Under the pieces are notes generated by a model, which saw only the letters and a list, made by a program, of their open reading frames with translations, was not told where the DNA came from and made no database searches. A DNA stretch of 64,000 bases. Origin: the human T2T-CHM13v2.0 reference genome, Homo sapiens. Positions 21,216 through 34,420 of this stretch are shown in pieces (within the stretch, counting starts at the first letter, position 1; every line of letters begins with the position of its first letter). Location: assembly GCF_009914755.1 (NCBI RefSeq), contig NC_060936.1, one strand, 5' to 3'. The position numbers and the translations under genes were made by a program.

Positions 21216-21987
21216 CCGTCAGTTCCAGAATCTTAGAGAAGTTCCAGGGGCCCCTTCAATCACCTATGAGGCCAATACCCAGCCGGCACCTGCGTGTACC
21301 CGGCGGTGTCCTCACTGCACACGGAGAACAGCGCCGCACCAGTGGGGCCTCTCTCCCCCTGTGCTTCCCCCGCTCCCTCTCTGTCTTGTCTCTCCCTCTC
21401 CTCCCGTCCCCCGATTCCGGGTCTCCCTTCAGGAAATGAACGCGGCTGCCGGACAGTGAAGTCACAGCTACATCCGTAATGAGGGATAGCTGAAGAGCTG
21501 TGGAGCGCGCGTTCCGGCGATAAGGGACGCTGGAGCGTTTAATTGGCGTTGAGGAAATCAGCTGCGGAGAATCAGCAGTCGTTTCCCGAGCGTCGGTCGT
21601 GCTGGGAGCTGTGGCGAAGGCCCCGGCGGTAAGCGATTCCCGCTGGACAGCGAGGAGTGTGTCCGTTCCCTGCGGTGTCTGGGTCTTCCCCCACTGGGGC
21701 CAGCAGCCCACGGTGAAGGCCATGCCGCTCTCCAACGGCGCGGGCTCCACTCCCGGCTGGGAGGGTGGCACGGCCCCAGGCCTCAGTTGTCCCATCTGCA
21801 GAGTGTGCTGCCAGGGTCTATGCTCAGAAAGTGACTTCAGAACGTAGCGGTGTGGAACTGCAGCAGCACTGATTTCGCTCGTGAACCTGCAGTGTGGACT
21901 TGGTGGGGACGGCTCGCCTGCACTCCGGGTGGCAGGAGGTAGAGTTGGGTGTTGGGGGCTGGGGTCGTTAGAGCTCACCGTGCAACA

Positions 21988-24900
21988 TGACACACACCGC
22001 TACATACACACCACTACACACACTAGATACACCACTACACACACCACTACACACACTACACACACCACTACACACACACACCACTACACACACTACACCA
22101 CTACACACACCACTACACACACTACACGCACACAGTACACACACCACTACACACACTACACGCACACAGTACACACACCACTACACACACTACACACACC
22201 ACTACACACACACACCACTACACACACTAGATACACCACTACACACACCACTACACGCACACAGTACACACACCACTACACACACTACACACACCACTAC
22301 ACACACACTACACACACACCACTACACGCACACACTACACACACCACTACACACACACTACATACACCACTACACACACCACTACACATACTACACACAC
22401 AGTACACACACCACTACACACTACATACAAACCACTACACACACTACACACACACACCACTACACGCACACTACACACACCACTACATACACCACTACAC
22501 ACACCACTACACACACCACTACACACACACTACATACAAACCACTACACACACCACTACACACACACTACATACCACTACACACACCACTACACACACTA
22601 CACGCACACACTACACACACCACTACACACACACACTGCATACACCACTACACACACACCGCTACACACTACACGCACACAGTACACACACCACTACACA
22701 CACACTACATACAAACCACTACACGCACACTACACACACCACACACACACCACACACACCATTACACACACTACACCACACACCACTACACACACACCAC
22801 TGCATACACACTACATACACCACTACACACACTACACACACACTACACACACTACACACACAACCACTACACACACACTACACGCACACACTACACACAC
22901 AACCACTACACGTACCACTACACACACTACACACAACCACTACACACACCACTACACACACACCACTACATACACCACTACACACACCACTACACACACC
23001 ACTACACACACTACACGCACAGTACACACACTACACACACAACATACAAACCACTACACACACTACACGCACAGTACACACACTACACACACAACATACA
23101 AACCACTACACACACTACACACACCACTACACACACACTACACACACCACTACACGCACACACTACACACACTACACACACACTACACACCACTGCATAC
23201 ACACCACTGCATACACCACTACACACTACACACACACCACTACACACTACACACACACAACACACAACCACTATACACACACTACACACACCACTACACG
23301 CACACACTACACACACTACACACACAACCACTACACACACCACTACACGCCACTACACACTACACACACCACTACACTACACACAACACACAACCACTAC
23401 ACACACACTACACACACCACTACACGCACACACTACACACACCACTACACACACTACACACAACCACTACACACACCACTACACACGCACCACTACACAC
23501 TACACACACACCACTACACACACACCATTACACACTACACACACCACTATGCACACACATACACACCACTACACACACATTACGCTACACACACACTACA
23601 CACACCACTACAGGCACACACTACACCACTACACACACACTACACACATTACACACACTACACACTCCACTATGCACACACTACACATACACCACTACAC
23701 ACACACACTACACACACCACTACACGCACACATTACACACACCACTACACACACACAGCATTACACACACTACACACACCACTACACGCACACACCATTA
23801 CACACACACTACACACACCACTGCACACACTACACATACACACCACTACACACACCATTACACACACACTACAAACACCACTACACACACACTACACACA
23901 CACCACTACACTACACACACCACTATGCACACTACATACACACACCACTACTCACACACCATTACACACACACTACACACACCACTATGCACACACTACA
24001 CATACACACCACTACACACACACCATTACACACACACTACACACACCACTACACACCACTACACACACACCATTACACACACACTACACACACCACTACA
24101 CACCACTATGCACACACTACACACACACCATTACACACACTACACACACCACTACACACTACACACACACACCACTATGCACACACTACACATACACACC
24201 ACTACACACACCATTACACACACACTACACACACCACTACACACCACTACACACACATTACACTACACACACCACTACACACTACACACACACCACTATG
24301 TACACACTACACATACACACCACTACACACACCATTAGACACCACTACACACACACTACACACCACTACACACTACACACACACCACTATGCACACACTA
24401 CACATAGCACTACACACACACCATTACACACACACTACACACACTACACACTACACACACACCACTACACACTACACACACCACTATGCACACACTACAC
24501 ATACACGCCACTACACACACCACTACACACACGCAACACACACCACTATGCACACACCACTACACACACACTACACACACCACTACACACACTACACACA
24601 CACCACTATGCACACTACACATACACACCACTACACACACACATTACACTACACACACCACTACACATCACTACACCCACACCATTACACACACACTACA
24701 CACACACTACACACACACTATGCACACTACACATACATACCACTACACGCACACACCATTACACACACACTACGCACACGACTACACACACTACACACAC
24801 ACCACTACACACACTACACACATCACTATGCACACACTATACATACAGACCACTACACACTACACACACACACCACACACACACACCACTATGCACACAC

Positions 24901-25100
24901 TACACATACACACCACTACACACACACCATTACACACACACTACACACACCACTACACACACACTACACACACACACACCACTACACGCACACCACTACA
25001 TACACCACTACGTACACACACCACTATATGCACACACCACTACACGCACACACCACTACACACACACACCACTACATGCGCACACACACACGCGCACACG
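21988..25100. repeat. ~3.1 kb degenerate (CA)n/(CACTA)n simple repeat
   Basis: CACACTACACACACCACTA-type units, nearly G-free on the plus strand; source of the His/Thr/Tyr-rich ORFs. Confidence 0.97.
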
Positions 25101-25289
25101 CAGGCCCTGGGCCCCCACCCACCTTCCTCAGCGCCCTCCCTGCACGTGTGACACGGTGGCCCCCAAAATGCCTCTGACCCTGCCTGGTCTTCCTAGATGT
25201 TCTGCACCAGCTTTGCTGGTGTTTTCAGGGTGCCGACGGGGACCCCTCATCCCGCAGCCTTCACAGGGGGTGGGGTTCACTCCTCGGAT

Positions 25290-25712
25290 CTCACGGGGGC
25301 TAACGTGTCCCCCGGAAAGAGATGTCCCCGTCCTGGCCCCCAGCATCGGCGAGTGGACCTTATTTGGAAATAGGGTCTTTGCAGATTAAGGAGCCAGCTG
25401 AGATCATCCTGCATTCAGGGTGGGCCATCAGTCCGGTGGCCGGTGTCCTAGTCAGAGGCGTGAAGAGGAGGGCGGAGGCCGGAACTATCCATCGGCTCCG
25501 AGGGTGGAGCAGGGGCCTCTGGGAGCTGGAAAAGGCAGGAATGGGTCCTCCCTGAGTCTCTGAGGGCCCCGCCTGCCCACACCTGCCCATATTTGCCCCA
25601 ACCTGCCCACACCTGCCTCAGGACAGCATCTCGGTCTCCTGGCTGCTGGACTGTGATGAAGCTGCATGGTTCTAGGCCACTGGCTTGTGGTGACTTGTTG
25701 CATCAGCTGTGG
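25290..25712 (+). mobile_element. MLT1 (MaLR) LTR
   Basis: GACCTTATTTGGAAATAGGGTCTTTGCAGAT, GAGATCATCCTG...AGGGTGGGCC and GAGCTGGAAAAGGCAGG are typical MLT1 blocks. Confidence 0.75.
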
Positions 25713-26159
25713 GGAGCTCACACGGTAGCGCCTGTCCTGGGGGGTGCTGGGCGGGTGACCTTCAGGAGACCCCTGGGGCCCCGCTGCCCTCCCAATGCCT
25801 CCAGTCCCAGTGTCTCTGTGGTGGCATCCTGTGCTGAGGATGGTGCCTCGCGGAGTCTCCACTGCCCCGTGTGCTCCGCACCACGTCTGTCTCGATGGTG
25901 CCCCTCGAAGACCTCGGGAAGCTCCCCGTTCGCTGTGGCCCCCCGGGGTCTGTCCCCTGCAGCACTGTTCTCTGGGGGCTCGTGGTCCGAGTTCTGATAC
26001 TGCAGGTGGCAGGTCCCCTGAAGGCATAGTCAGAGGCTTTGCTCTGGGCTGGCGTGGAGGTATGGGCGTGGCGGGTTGTGGCTGGGCGTGGAGGGGCGTG
26101 GAGGTGTGGGCGGGGCTGGGCGTGGAAGGGCGGGGTGTGGAGGTGTGGGCGGGTTGGGC

Positions 26160-26450
26160 ACCTCTGGGGGTTCTGGGAAGACTCGTTGCTGACTTCTCTG
26201 GGCTCCAGAGTCTGCTGTGCTCCTGGGCTCTGGCATGGTCCCTTGCTTGTCACCCCGACCTCTGCTGCTGCGGCCACTGCTCCCTCTGCCTCTCCTGCCT
26301 CCATCCTGTAAGGACCATGTGATGAACTGGGCCGGGGTCATCCAGGAGGACCCCCTGCTAGACCCTCAGCCGGTCTCACCTGCAGAGTCTCTTCTGCCCC
26401 GTGGGGGACACAGCCACGGGCTCTGGGGAATGAGATGTGAACAGATGGGG
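26160..26450 (-). mobile_element. MLT1 LTR fragment
   Basis: TAAGGACCATGTGATGAACTGGGCC...ATCCAGGA...CACCTGCAGAGTCTCTTCTGCC resembles reverse MLT1. Confidence 0.55.
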
Positions 26451-27753
26451 CTGGCAGCAGGTGTGATTGGACCTGGGACTGAAACAGCATTGTTCTCTTC
26501 TCGCCTCTCTCGGCCCCTTTTCCTTCTTTCATTCGTTTCCCCAGAGCTTGGGCAGTGCTCACGTGGGTGTCTAGGCAGCCGCCCATGCCCACGCTGGGCG
26601 AGCCCTCTTCACCCCAGCTGGGGAGTGCTCTGCCAGGTCCACCCTGCTCCCAGCTCTGCTCAGCATGCTGGCCGATTGCTGTCTGGGCCACTCAGGCACG
26701 TGACAGTGTCGGGGAAGGAGCTGTGAACTGCCACAGACAGTGCTCCCCGAGGCCCGACGGGCTTTGCTGCTTGGGACAGCTGGTGAGTGGCTGAAGCCCT
26801 ACTGGCTGGCAGGCAGACGGGGAGGCGGTGGCGCGGTGCTGGGCTGATCCTGCTGTCATTCTAGTCCAGTGGTTCCGGCTGCATGAGAGAATGGAAACTG
26901 GGTAGATAAGAGGAAAAAGTAATGAAGAGATAACGGTGCGGGGGCCACGGGACCAGGCATCCTCTTCCAGATCTGCAGGCCCTGAGCCCAATGGAACCGG
27001 CAGAAAGCGAGGGGGTGGAGTGGGTGGGCTCGGGGGGCTCTGTCGGGGTCTCCTGGAAACCAGGGGACAGAGGGTCCAGCCCAGGGTTGCAGCACCCTCA
27101 GGACAGGCTGGGAGCTTCTTCACAGAGGTGGTGGGGGGACTGTCCCTGGTGGGACAGCCTCGTCCCCTTCCCTGTCAGCCCTTCAGGAAGTCCGGAGAGG
27201 CAGTGTCCACTGTCCCAGTGCGTGCGGCACGGTGGCGTGAGAGTTCACAGCCCCAGTGCCCTCCGCCTGTCCTTGCAATACCTGTGCAAGGTGTGATCAA
27301 GAAGGAAGAGCCGGGTGCTGGCAGGTTCCCCCAGCTGGTGTCGGAGGACAGCCAGGCTCAGGAGCCCTGCGTGCCCATGTGGGAAGTGCCTGACAGCCCC
27401 ACAGACGGGGCGGTGGAAGCAAGGCAGGCTGGATGGTGGCAGGACCTGGTGGCAGGACCTGGTGGCCAGAGGGGCCCGGAGACAGGGAGTGATCTTGGGA
27501 CCGACCGTCCTCCTCCCACATTCCCCCAGCTCCTGGCCCCCTCTGGCCGAAGCCCCCGCCCTTCCCGTTCCCTGGGCCCTCATCTCCTCTCCTGCTGGCC
27601 GCCTCCCACCAGGCCTGCTCCACCGCAGGCCCTCCCCTGAGAGCTTCCCGCAGTCTCCAGCCTCAGATCCCGGCAAAAAGATTCCGTGTGGTGACCCCTG
27701 ACCCCACCGATAAAGATGCTGCGGCCTCCAGCATCCTGGCTCTGCCCTGGACC

Positions 27754-28595
27754 CAGCTCCTCCCCACTCAGTTCCTCCCCACTCAGCTCCTCCTCCCTTA
27801 GCTCCTCCTCCCTCAGCTCCTCCTCGCTCAGCTCCTCCCCACTCAGTTCCTCCTTCCTCAGCTCCTCCCCACTCAGCTCCTCCTCCCTCAGCTCCTCCTC
27901 CCTCAGCTCCTCCTCCCTCAGCTCCTCCTCCCTCAGCTCCTCCTCCCTCACCTCCTCCTCCCTCACCTCCTCCTCCCTCACCTCCTCCTCCCTCAGCTCC
28001 TCCTCCCTCAGCTCCTCCTCCCTCAGCTCCTCCTCAGCTCCTCCTCCGTCACCTCCTCCTTCCTCAGCTCCTCCTCCCTCAGCTCCTCCTCCCTCAGCTC
28101 CTCCCCACTCAGCTCCTCCTCAGCTCCTCCTCCCTCAGCTCCTCCTCCCTCAGCTCCTCCTCTCTCAGCTCCTCCTCAGCTTCTCCTCCGTCACCTCCTC
28201 CTTCCTCAGCTCCTCCTCCCTCAGCTCCTCCTCCCTCAGCTCCTCCTCCCTCAGCTCCTCCTCACTCAGCTCCTCCTCTCTCAGTTCCTCCTCTCTCAGC
28301 TCCTCCCCACTCAGCTCCTACTCCCTCAGCTCCTCCTCACTCAGCTCCTCCCCACTCAGCTCCTCCCCACTCAGCTCCTACTCCCTCAGCTCCTCCGCCC
28401 TCAGCTCCTCCTCACTCAGCTCCTCCCCACTCAGCCCCTCCTCACTGAGCTGTTCCTCGCACTGGACTCTGCGGCTGGGTCATCACTCCTCCCCACTCAG
28501 CCCCTCCCCACTCAGCCCCTCTTCCCTCAGCTCCTCTCCACCCAGCCCCTCCTCACTGAGCTGTTCCTCGCACTGGACTCTGCGGCTGGGTCATC
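27754..28595. repeat. 15-bp pyrimidine-rich minisatellite (CAGCTCCTCCTCCCT)n, ending in a duplicated ~50-bp block
   Basis: Tandem units read directly. CTCACTGAGCTGTTCCTCGCACTGGACTCTGCGGCTGGGTCATCA occurs twice (~28441 and ~28552). Confidence 0.95.
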
Positions 28596-29884
28596 AGAGG
28601 CCCTGCCCTGCCCTCCACTGCGTGGAGACGCCACATCGTGAGAAAGCCGAAGCCCCACCATGGCTCATGACACCTGCCTCGGTTTTCTCAGCCTGGCTGT
28701 CTTGGGACCCCAGCAGCCACCTGAAGCCCCCATTTGGTGGGGCTGCATCCAGCCACCGCCAACCCACAGCATCAAGGAGGGAAGAAAACAGCGTTCCACA
28801 GCTCTGCCCTGGGGGCTGTCCTTCCCTGCCCTGGGACGGGAAACATGTGCCCTGCACAGATCCTCTCCTCTCTCCCCTCTCCTCTCTCCCCTCTCCCCTC
28901 CCCTCTCTTGTCTCCTCTCCCCTCTCCCCTCATCTTTTCTTTCTTTTTGGCAGACATAGGACACATTCCTCTCTGCTACTCTCAAATCCCCCTCGTCACA
29001 CATTATTTTGTCACCTGCAGCTTCTGGCCTCCAGAACGACCCCCAGGATGCCCCCGGGCTCACACCGCCTGGCCCTCCCTCATGCCTGGGCTTGGTCGGA
29101 ACTGCCAACACCTGGCACGAGAGGGTGCAGTGTATCCAGAATCCGGTCCTGAGGTGCTGTCCTGTCCTCCATGCTGTCCCCAGCCACCCCTCTCGGGTCA
29201 CCAGCCGCCCTGCCGTGAGGAGGCTCGGGGAGGCCCGTGGGGAGGTGGGAGGCAGGTAGGAGCCAGGGAAGCAGCCTCCTGGGCCAGCCTGTGCTCTGCC
29301 TGCTTCCTGAGCTGTGGCCACTACAGAGCTGTTTATTTTTATTGATGTGGCAACTGCACTCTGAGGGAAATTACTGTGTTAGGAAATATTTCCCCGCTAC
29401 CGCAGTCAATTTTGGTTTCATTTAAAATTCAAAAGCGGTGTTGGCCGCCTTCCCAGGCAGTGGGGGCACACAGAGTCCGAGTTGTCCCTGCCCTCCCAGC
29501 CCAGCTGGCTCCCGGGCAATGCAGCCACAGCAGACGCCTCATGGAGAGTGGGATCAGCCACCGAAGTCATGGGCAGGGCGGGGGCAGGGGCCCTTCTGAA
29601 ATTCCTTCCCCAAACCCTCCCATTTGGGCCATGAGGGTGGATGTCGCCTTTTCTGGAAGGCGGGAAGCCCTTGCTGAGCATCCCCTCCATCCCGGTGCTT
29701 GGCTGCTGGTGAGCCCTGGCTCCGGAGCCATTGGGAGCTTCCCTGGGCCCTGACCTCACCCATGGCCGCGTCACCTCCCTCACTGTCCCTCCTGCATGTC
29801 TGTTCCTCCCCTGACCCTGTCGTTCTGTTTCTAGCCCCAGGTGGCTCCATCCCTAGCTGCCGGGTCCTCCCCACCTGTGGGACC

Positions 29885-29986
29885 TCGACTCCGCCCTGTG
29901 CTGGGCACAGCTCCATCCTGCAGGTCCGAGCCACTTCGACTCCGCCCTGTACTGGGCGCAGCTCCATCCTGCAGGTCCGAGCCACT
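29885..29986. repeat. 51-bp tandem duplication
   Basis: TCGACTCCGCCCTGT...CAGGTCCGAGCCACT at 29885 and 29936. Confidence 0.85.
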
Positions 29987-30579
29987 CCAATGCCTTTTAG
30001 TTTCCTTCCCCCAGAAGCATTCTCAGTTGATGCTGGGTCAGAGCTGTCATGCACTGAGCTGCCCGTGGGGAGGGCAGGTGCCCCGCAGGAAGGTGGGGCC
30101 CTGCTGCTCTGGCAGAATGGGGGCTGCTCAGGCCAGGGGGTATAGGGGCTGCAGGACGCCCCCCAGGACGGGTGCCTGGCCTGCCCCAGAGGAGCAGCAT
30201 CACCTGAGCTCGCACCTGTGCCCTTGCCACCCTGCGTGGGCTGCCCCTGCCATGTGAGCTCCTCTCCCTGCTCTACACATATTTTAAAGGACAGGTGAGT
30301 AACCAAAAACCAGGTAGGTGCTGTGCAGAGCCAGGATGTGTGGCCCAGCCCTGAACCACGCTCACTTGCAGGCTGCCCAGGGTCCCCTGGGCGCAGGTCA
30401 CCCACATAATGGGGCCCGCATCGGGGCGCAGAGGGTGACACCCCAGCCTCCAGGAAGGTGCCTCATGGGTGGCTCAGCCCTGGTTAGCCCCATGGCTAAC
30501 AAAGCCAGGAATTACCGCAGAGCCTGGGCGTGCAGGTGGCACGGCCTCTGGAATTTGGTTTTGTCCTGTCACTAACTGG

Positions 30580-30800
30580 ATAAATGGCCCAGCAGTCTCA
30601 CCGTGTTCGTACTGTTAAAGAAGAGTCGCTGGGCTCCCGGCTGCTCAGGGATGTGCCGCGTGGCTGCCATCCTGTGGTAATTCCACATCTAATGTGTTCA
30701 GGACTCTCCAGACAGTTTTCCACAGTGGGTGCACCATTGACATCCCACCAGCAGGGCACAAGGGTCCAAGTTCTCCACATCCCCGCCAGCACTGGTCCCT
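30580..30800 (-). mobile_element. Old L1M fragment (left part of an element split by the repeat/LTR block)
   Basis: CCAGACAGTTTTCCACAGTGGGTGCACCATT...CCCACCAGCAG...TTCTCCACATCCCCGCCAGCAC matches reverse L1 3' ORF2/UTR phrasing. Confidence 0.7.
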
Positions 30801-31268
30801 TCCATCTCTCTCTGTCTCTCTCAATCATCTCTCTCCCCTATCTCTCTATCTCTGTGATCTCTCTATCATATCTGCTATCTATTCTATCTCTCTACCTATC
30901 TCTATTTGTCTATTTCAATCTATTACTTACCTGTCTGCCACATCTATCTATATTGATGATCTCTATCCTATGTCTATCATCTATATTCATTGATCAATCA
31001 TATATATCTGTATCATTTATCTATCTGTATCTGCCACTTAGCTAATCTATCACTTACCCATCCATCCACCCATCCGTCCATCAACCACTCATCCATCCGT
31101 TGACCCATCCATCATCCGTCCACCCACCCACCCATCCACCCAGCCATCCATCCATCATCCGTCTACCTAGCCATCCATCTATCCACCCATCCATCATCCA
31201 TCCAGCCATCCATCCATCATCCATTCATCCACCCATCATCCACACATCCATCCATCTACCCATCCATC
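30800..31268. repeat. Degenerate (TCTA)n grading into (TCCA)n microsatellite
   Basis: Read directly. Confidence 0.9.
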
Positions 31269-32674
31269 TGTTCTGTGCAGGAGATGCGTGAGGGGAGAAG
31301 AAAAGACACACAATACCTGTAACGGTAAACAACCTTTATTCCACGTAAATGGCAGTGCAGATATATAATAAGCAAATTGCAATGGGAAGGGGAAAAGGGA
31401 AAAAATATATATATATTTATATTATATATTATATATTATATTATATATATTATATAAATATATATAATGTATGTTATAAATATATAATATATAAATATAG
31501 TACATATTTAAATATATATCATATATTTACATATTTAAATATATATCATATATTTACATATTTAAATATATATCATATATTTACATATATAATATATTTA
31601 TATATTTACATATATATAAAATGTATATTATATATAATATATAAATATATATTATATATAATATACATTATATATAAATATATGTATTTATATATAATGT
31701 ATATTATGTATATTTATATATATAAATATATTATGTATATTTATATATATAAATGTATATTATATACATTTATATATATTTATATATGAATGTATATTAT
31801 ACATTCATATATAAATGTATATTATATATGTTTATATATAAATGTATATTATATATATTTATGTATAAATATATAATATATATTATATATTTATATATAA
31901 ATATATTTAAATATATGTTTATATATAAATATATTTAAATATATATTTATATATATTTAAATACATAAATATATTTAAATATATATTATATATATTCATA
32001 TACATAAATAAATATATTTAAATATATATTATATATATTCATATACATAAATATATTTAAATATATATTATATATATTTATATACATAAATATATATATT
32101 ATATATGTTTATATATTTAAATATATTTAAATATGTATATTTAAATATATATATTTATATATATAAATATGTATATTTAAATATATATTTATATATAAAT
32201 ATATAAATATACATATATATAAATATATTTAAATATACATATTTATATATATATTTAAATATATATATATGTATACTCACCAGACTATGGAGGATTCACC
32301 ACCAGACTGGGAAGCAACAGCCTGGGCTCCAGAGTCGGCTGCCCGTCTGTGCACAGATGGGGAGAGGTCTCATGAATCTTTGGCACGGTCTGGGACCTGA
32401 GCTCTTTTTGTAACGAGTTGTTTTTTCATGAGGCCTAGTCACAAGGGCCCTTCGCGACCAGGCTCAAGGAACGCAAAAAGGTCAACTTGTTCTTGCAATT
32501 GTCTGTTGTTTTTCAATAACTAATGTATAGGAATAGATTGAAATAGAGATTTCTCTGAAACAGCACTGGATGAATGCCTCAAGGGACTCACACGACCTGT
32601 TCCAGGACTTGGTGACCATTGTTAGTTTCCACGTTGAATTTAGTTCAAATTTAATATTTAACTTTTCCTGCACA
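31269..32674 (-). mobile_element. Solo ERV1 LTR (PABL_A-like) with an internal AT expansion
   Basis: Minus strand begins TGTGCAGGAAAAGTTAAATATTAAATTTGAAC...AATGGTCACCAAGTCCTGGAACAGG, matching PABL_A as I recall it. AATAAA at 31340-31335. Terminal inverted repeat TGTGCAGGA/TCCTGCACA. Flanks CCATC/CTATC may be a TSD. Confidence 0.65.
31405..32276. repeat. ~870 bp degenerate (TA)n / AT-only tract inside the LTR
   Basis: Almost exclusively A/T, with local higher-order repeats such as TACATATTTAAATATATATCATATATT x3. Confidence 0.97.
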
Positions 32675-32679
32675 CTATC

Positions 32680-34272
32680 ACCTACCCATCCATCCATTCA
32701 TTCACCCATCCATGCATCCATCATCCAGCCACCCACCCACCCATCCATTATCCATCCAGCCACCATTCATCCACTCATCCATCCATCCACCCATCACCCA
32801 CCCATCCATCCATCATCCATCCACCCAGCCATCCGTCATACATTCATTCATCCATCCATCACCCATTCATCCATCCATCCACCCATCAATCCATCCACCC
32901 ACCCATCCTTCATCCACCCAGCCATCCATCATACATTCTTCCATCTATTCATCCATCCACCCATCCATCCATCCAGCCAGCCAGCCATCCATACATCCAC
33001 CCACCCACCCACCCATCATCCATCCATCCATCATCCATCCACCCAGCCATCCATCCACCCACCCATCCCTCATCCACCCAGCCATCCATCATACATTCAT
33101 TCATCCATCCATCCATCCAGCCATCCATACATCCACCCACCCACCCACCCATCATCCATCCATCCACCCACCCACCCATCATCCATCCATCCACCCACCC
33201 ACCCATTATCCATCCATCCATCCACCCATCCATCCATCCAGCCATCCATCCATCCACCCATCCATCATACATTCATTCATCCATCCGTCCATCACCCATT
33301 CATCCATCCAGCCATCACCCACCCATCCATCCATTCACCCACCCATCCATCATCCATCCACCCAGCCATCCATCATACATTCATTCATCCATCCATCCAC
33401 CCATCCACCCATCCATCCATCCATCCACCCACCCATCCATTCATCCATCCGTCCATCATCCATCATACATTCATTCATCCATCCATCACCCATTCATCCA
33501 GCCATCACCCAGCCATCCATCCAACCATCCGTCCATCATCCATCCACCCAGACATCCATCATACATTGATTCATCCATCCATCCATCCATCCATCCATCA
33601 TCCATCCACCCAGCGATCCATCATACATTCATTCATCCATCCATCCATCCATCACCCATTCATCCATCCATCCAGCCATCACCCACCCATCCATCCATTC
33701 ACCCATCCATCCATCCACCCACCCATCCATCATACATTCATCCATCCATCCATTCACCCATCCATCCATCCACCCACCCATCCATCATCCACCCAGCCAT
33801 CCATCCATCATACATTCATTCATCCATCCATCCATCCCTTCCATCCATTCACCCATCCATCCATCCACCCACCCATCCATCATCCATCCGTCCATCCACC
33901 CAGCCATCCATCCATTCACCCATCCATCCATCCACCCATCCATCCATCCACCCACCCATCCACCCATCCATCCATCATCCACCTACCCATCCATCATCCA
34001 TCACCCACCCATCCATCCATTCACCCATCCATCCATTATCCATTCACCCAGCCATCCATCATACATTCATTCATCCTTCCATCCACCCATCACCCACCCA
34101 TCCATCCATTTACCTATCCATCCATCCACCCCCCCATCCATCATCCATCCACCCACCCATCCCTTATCCATCCATTCATCCACCCAGCCGTCCATCCATC
34201 ATACATTCATTCATCCATCCATCCATCCATCCATCCATCACCCATTCACCCATCCATCCACTCATCATCCAT
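32680..34272. repeat. ~1.6 kb degenerate (TCCA)n/(TGGA)n repeat
   Basis: CCATCCATCCACCCA units; source of the His/Pro/Ser/Ile ORFs. Confidence 0.97.
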
Positions 34273-34420
34273 CTGCGCCATCCCTTGGTGGTGAAGTGCA
34301 GTCTCCCTGTGGTTTGAGTGGTTCTCTCTGATGGCTGGTGAGGCGGAACCTCGTTTCTGCCTGTGCGTGCTGAGGCTGTTGGGCACAGCCATGCATTGTT
34401 TGCAGGTGTGTCTGGGGACT
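34273..34420 (-). mobile_element. Old L1M fragment (right part of the split element)
   Basis: GCCATCC...GTGAAGTGCAGTCTCCCTGTGGTTTGA...TCTCTGATGGCTGGTGAGGCGGAAC continues the L1 phrasing interrupted at ~30800. Confidence 0.55.

Noticed and set aside
21881-25389. 1098, 783 and 363 aa His/Thr-rich ORFs
   Set aside because: Low-complexity CA/CACTA repeat; the lack of stops is compositional.
27580-29152. Poly-Ser (478 aa) and EEELR ORFs
   Set aside because: Translations of a 15-bp minisatellite.
31349-34294. Tyr/Ile-rich and His/Pro/Ser-rich ORFs
   Set aside because: Translations of (TA)n and (TCCA)n repeats.
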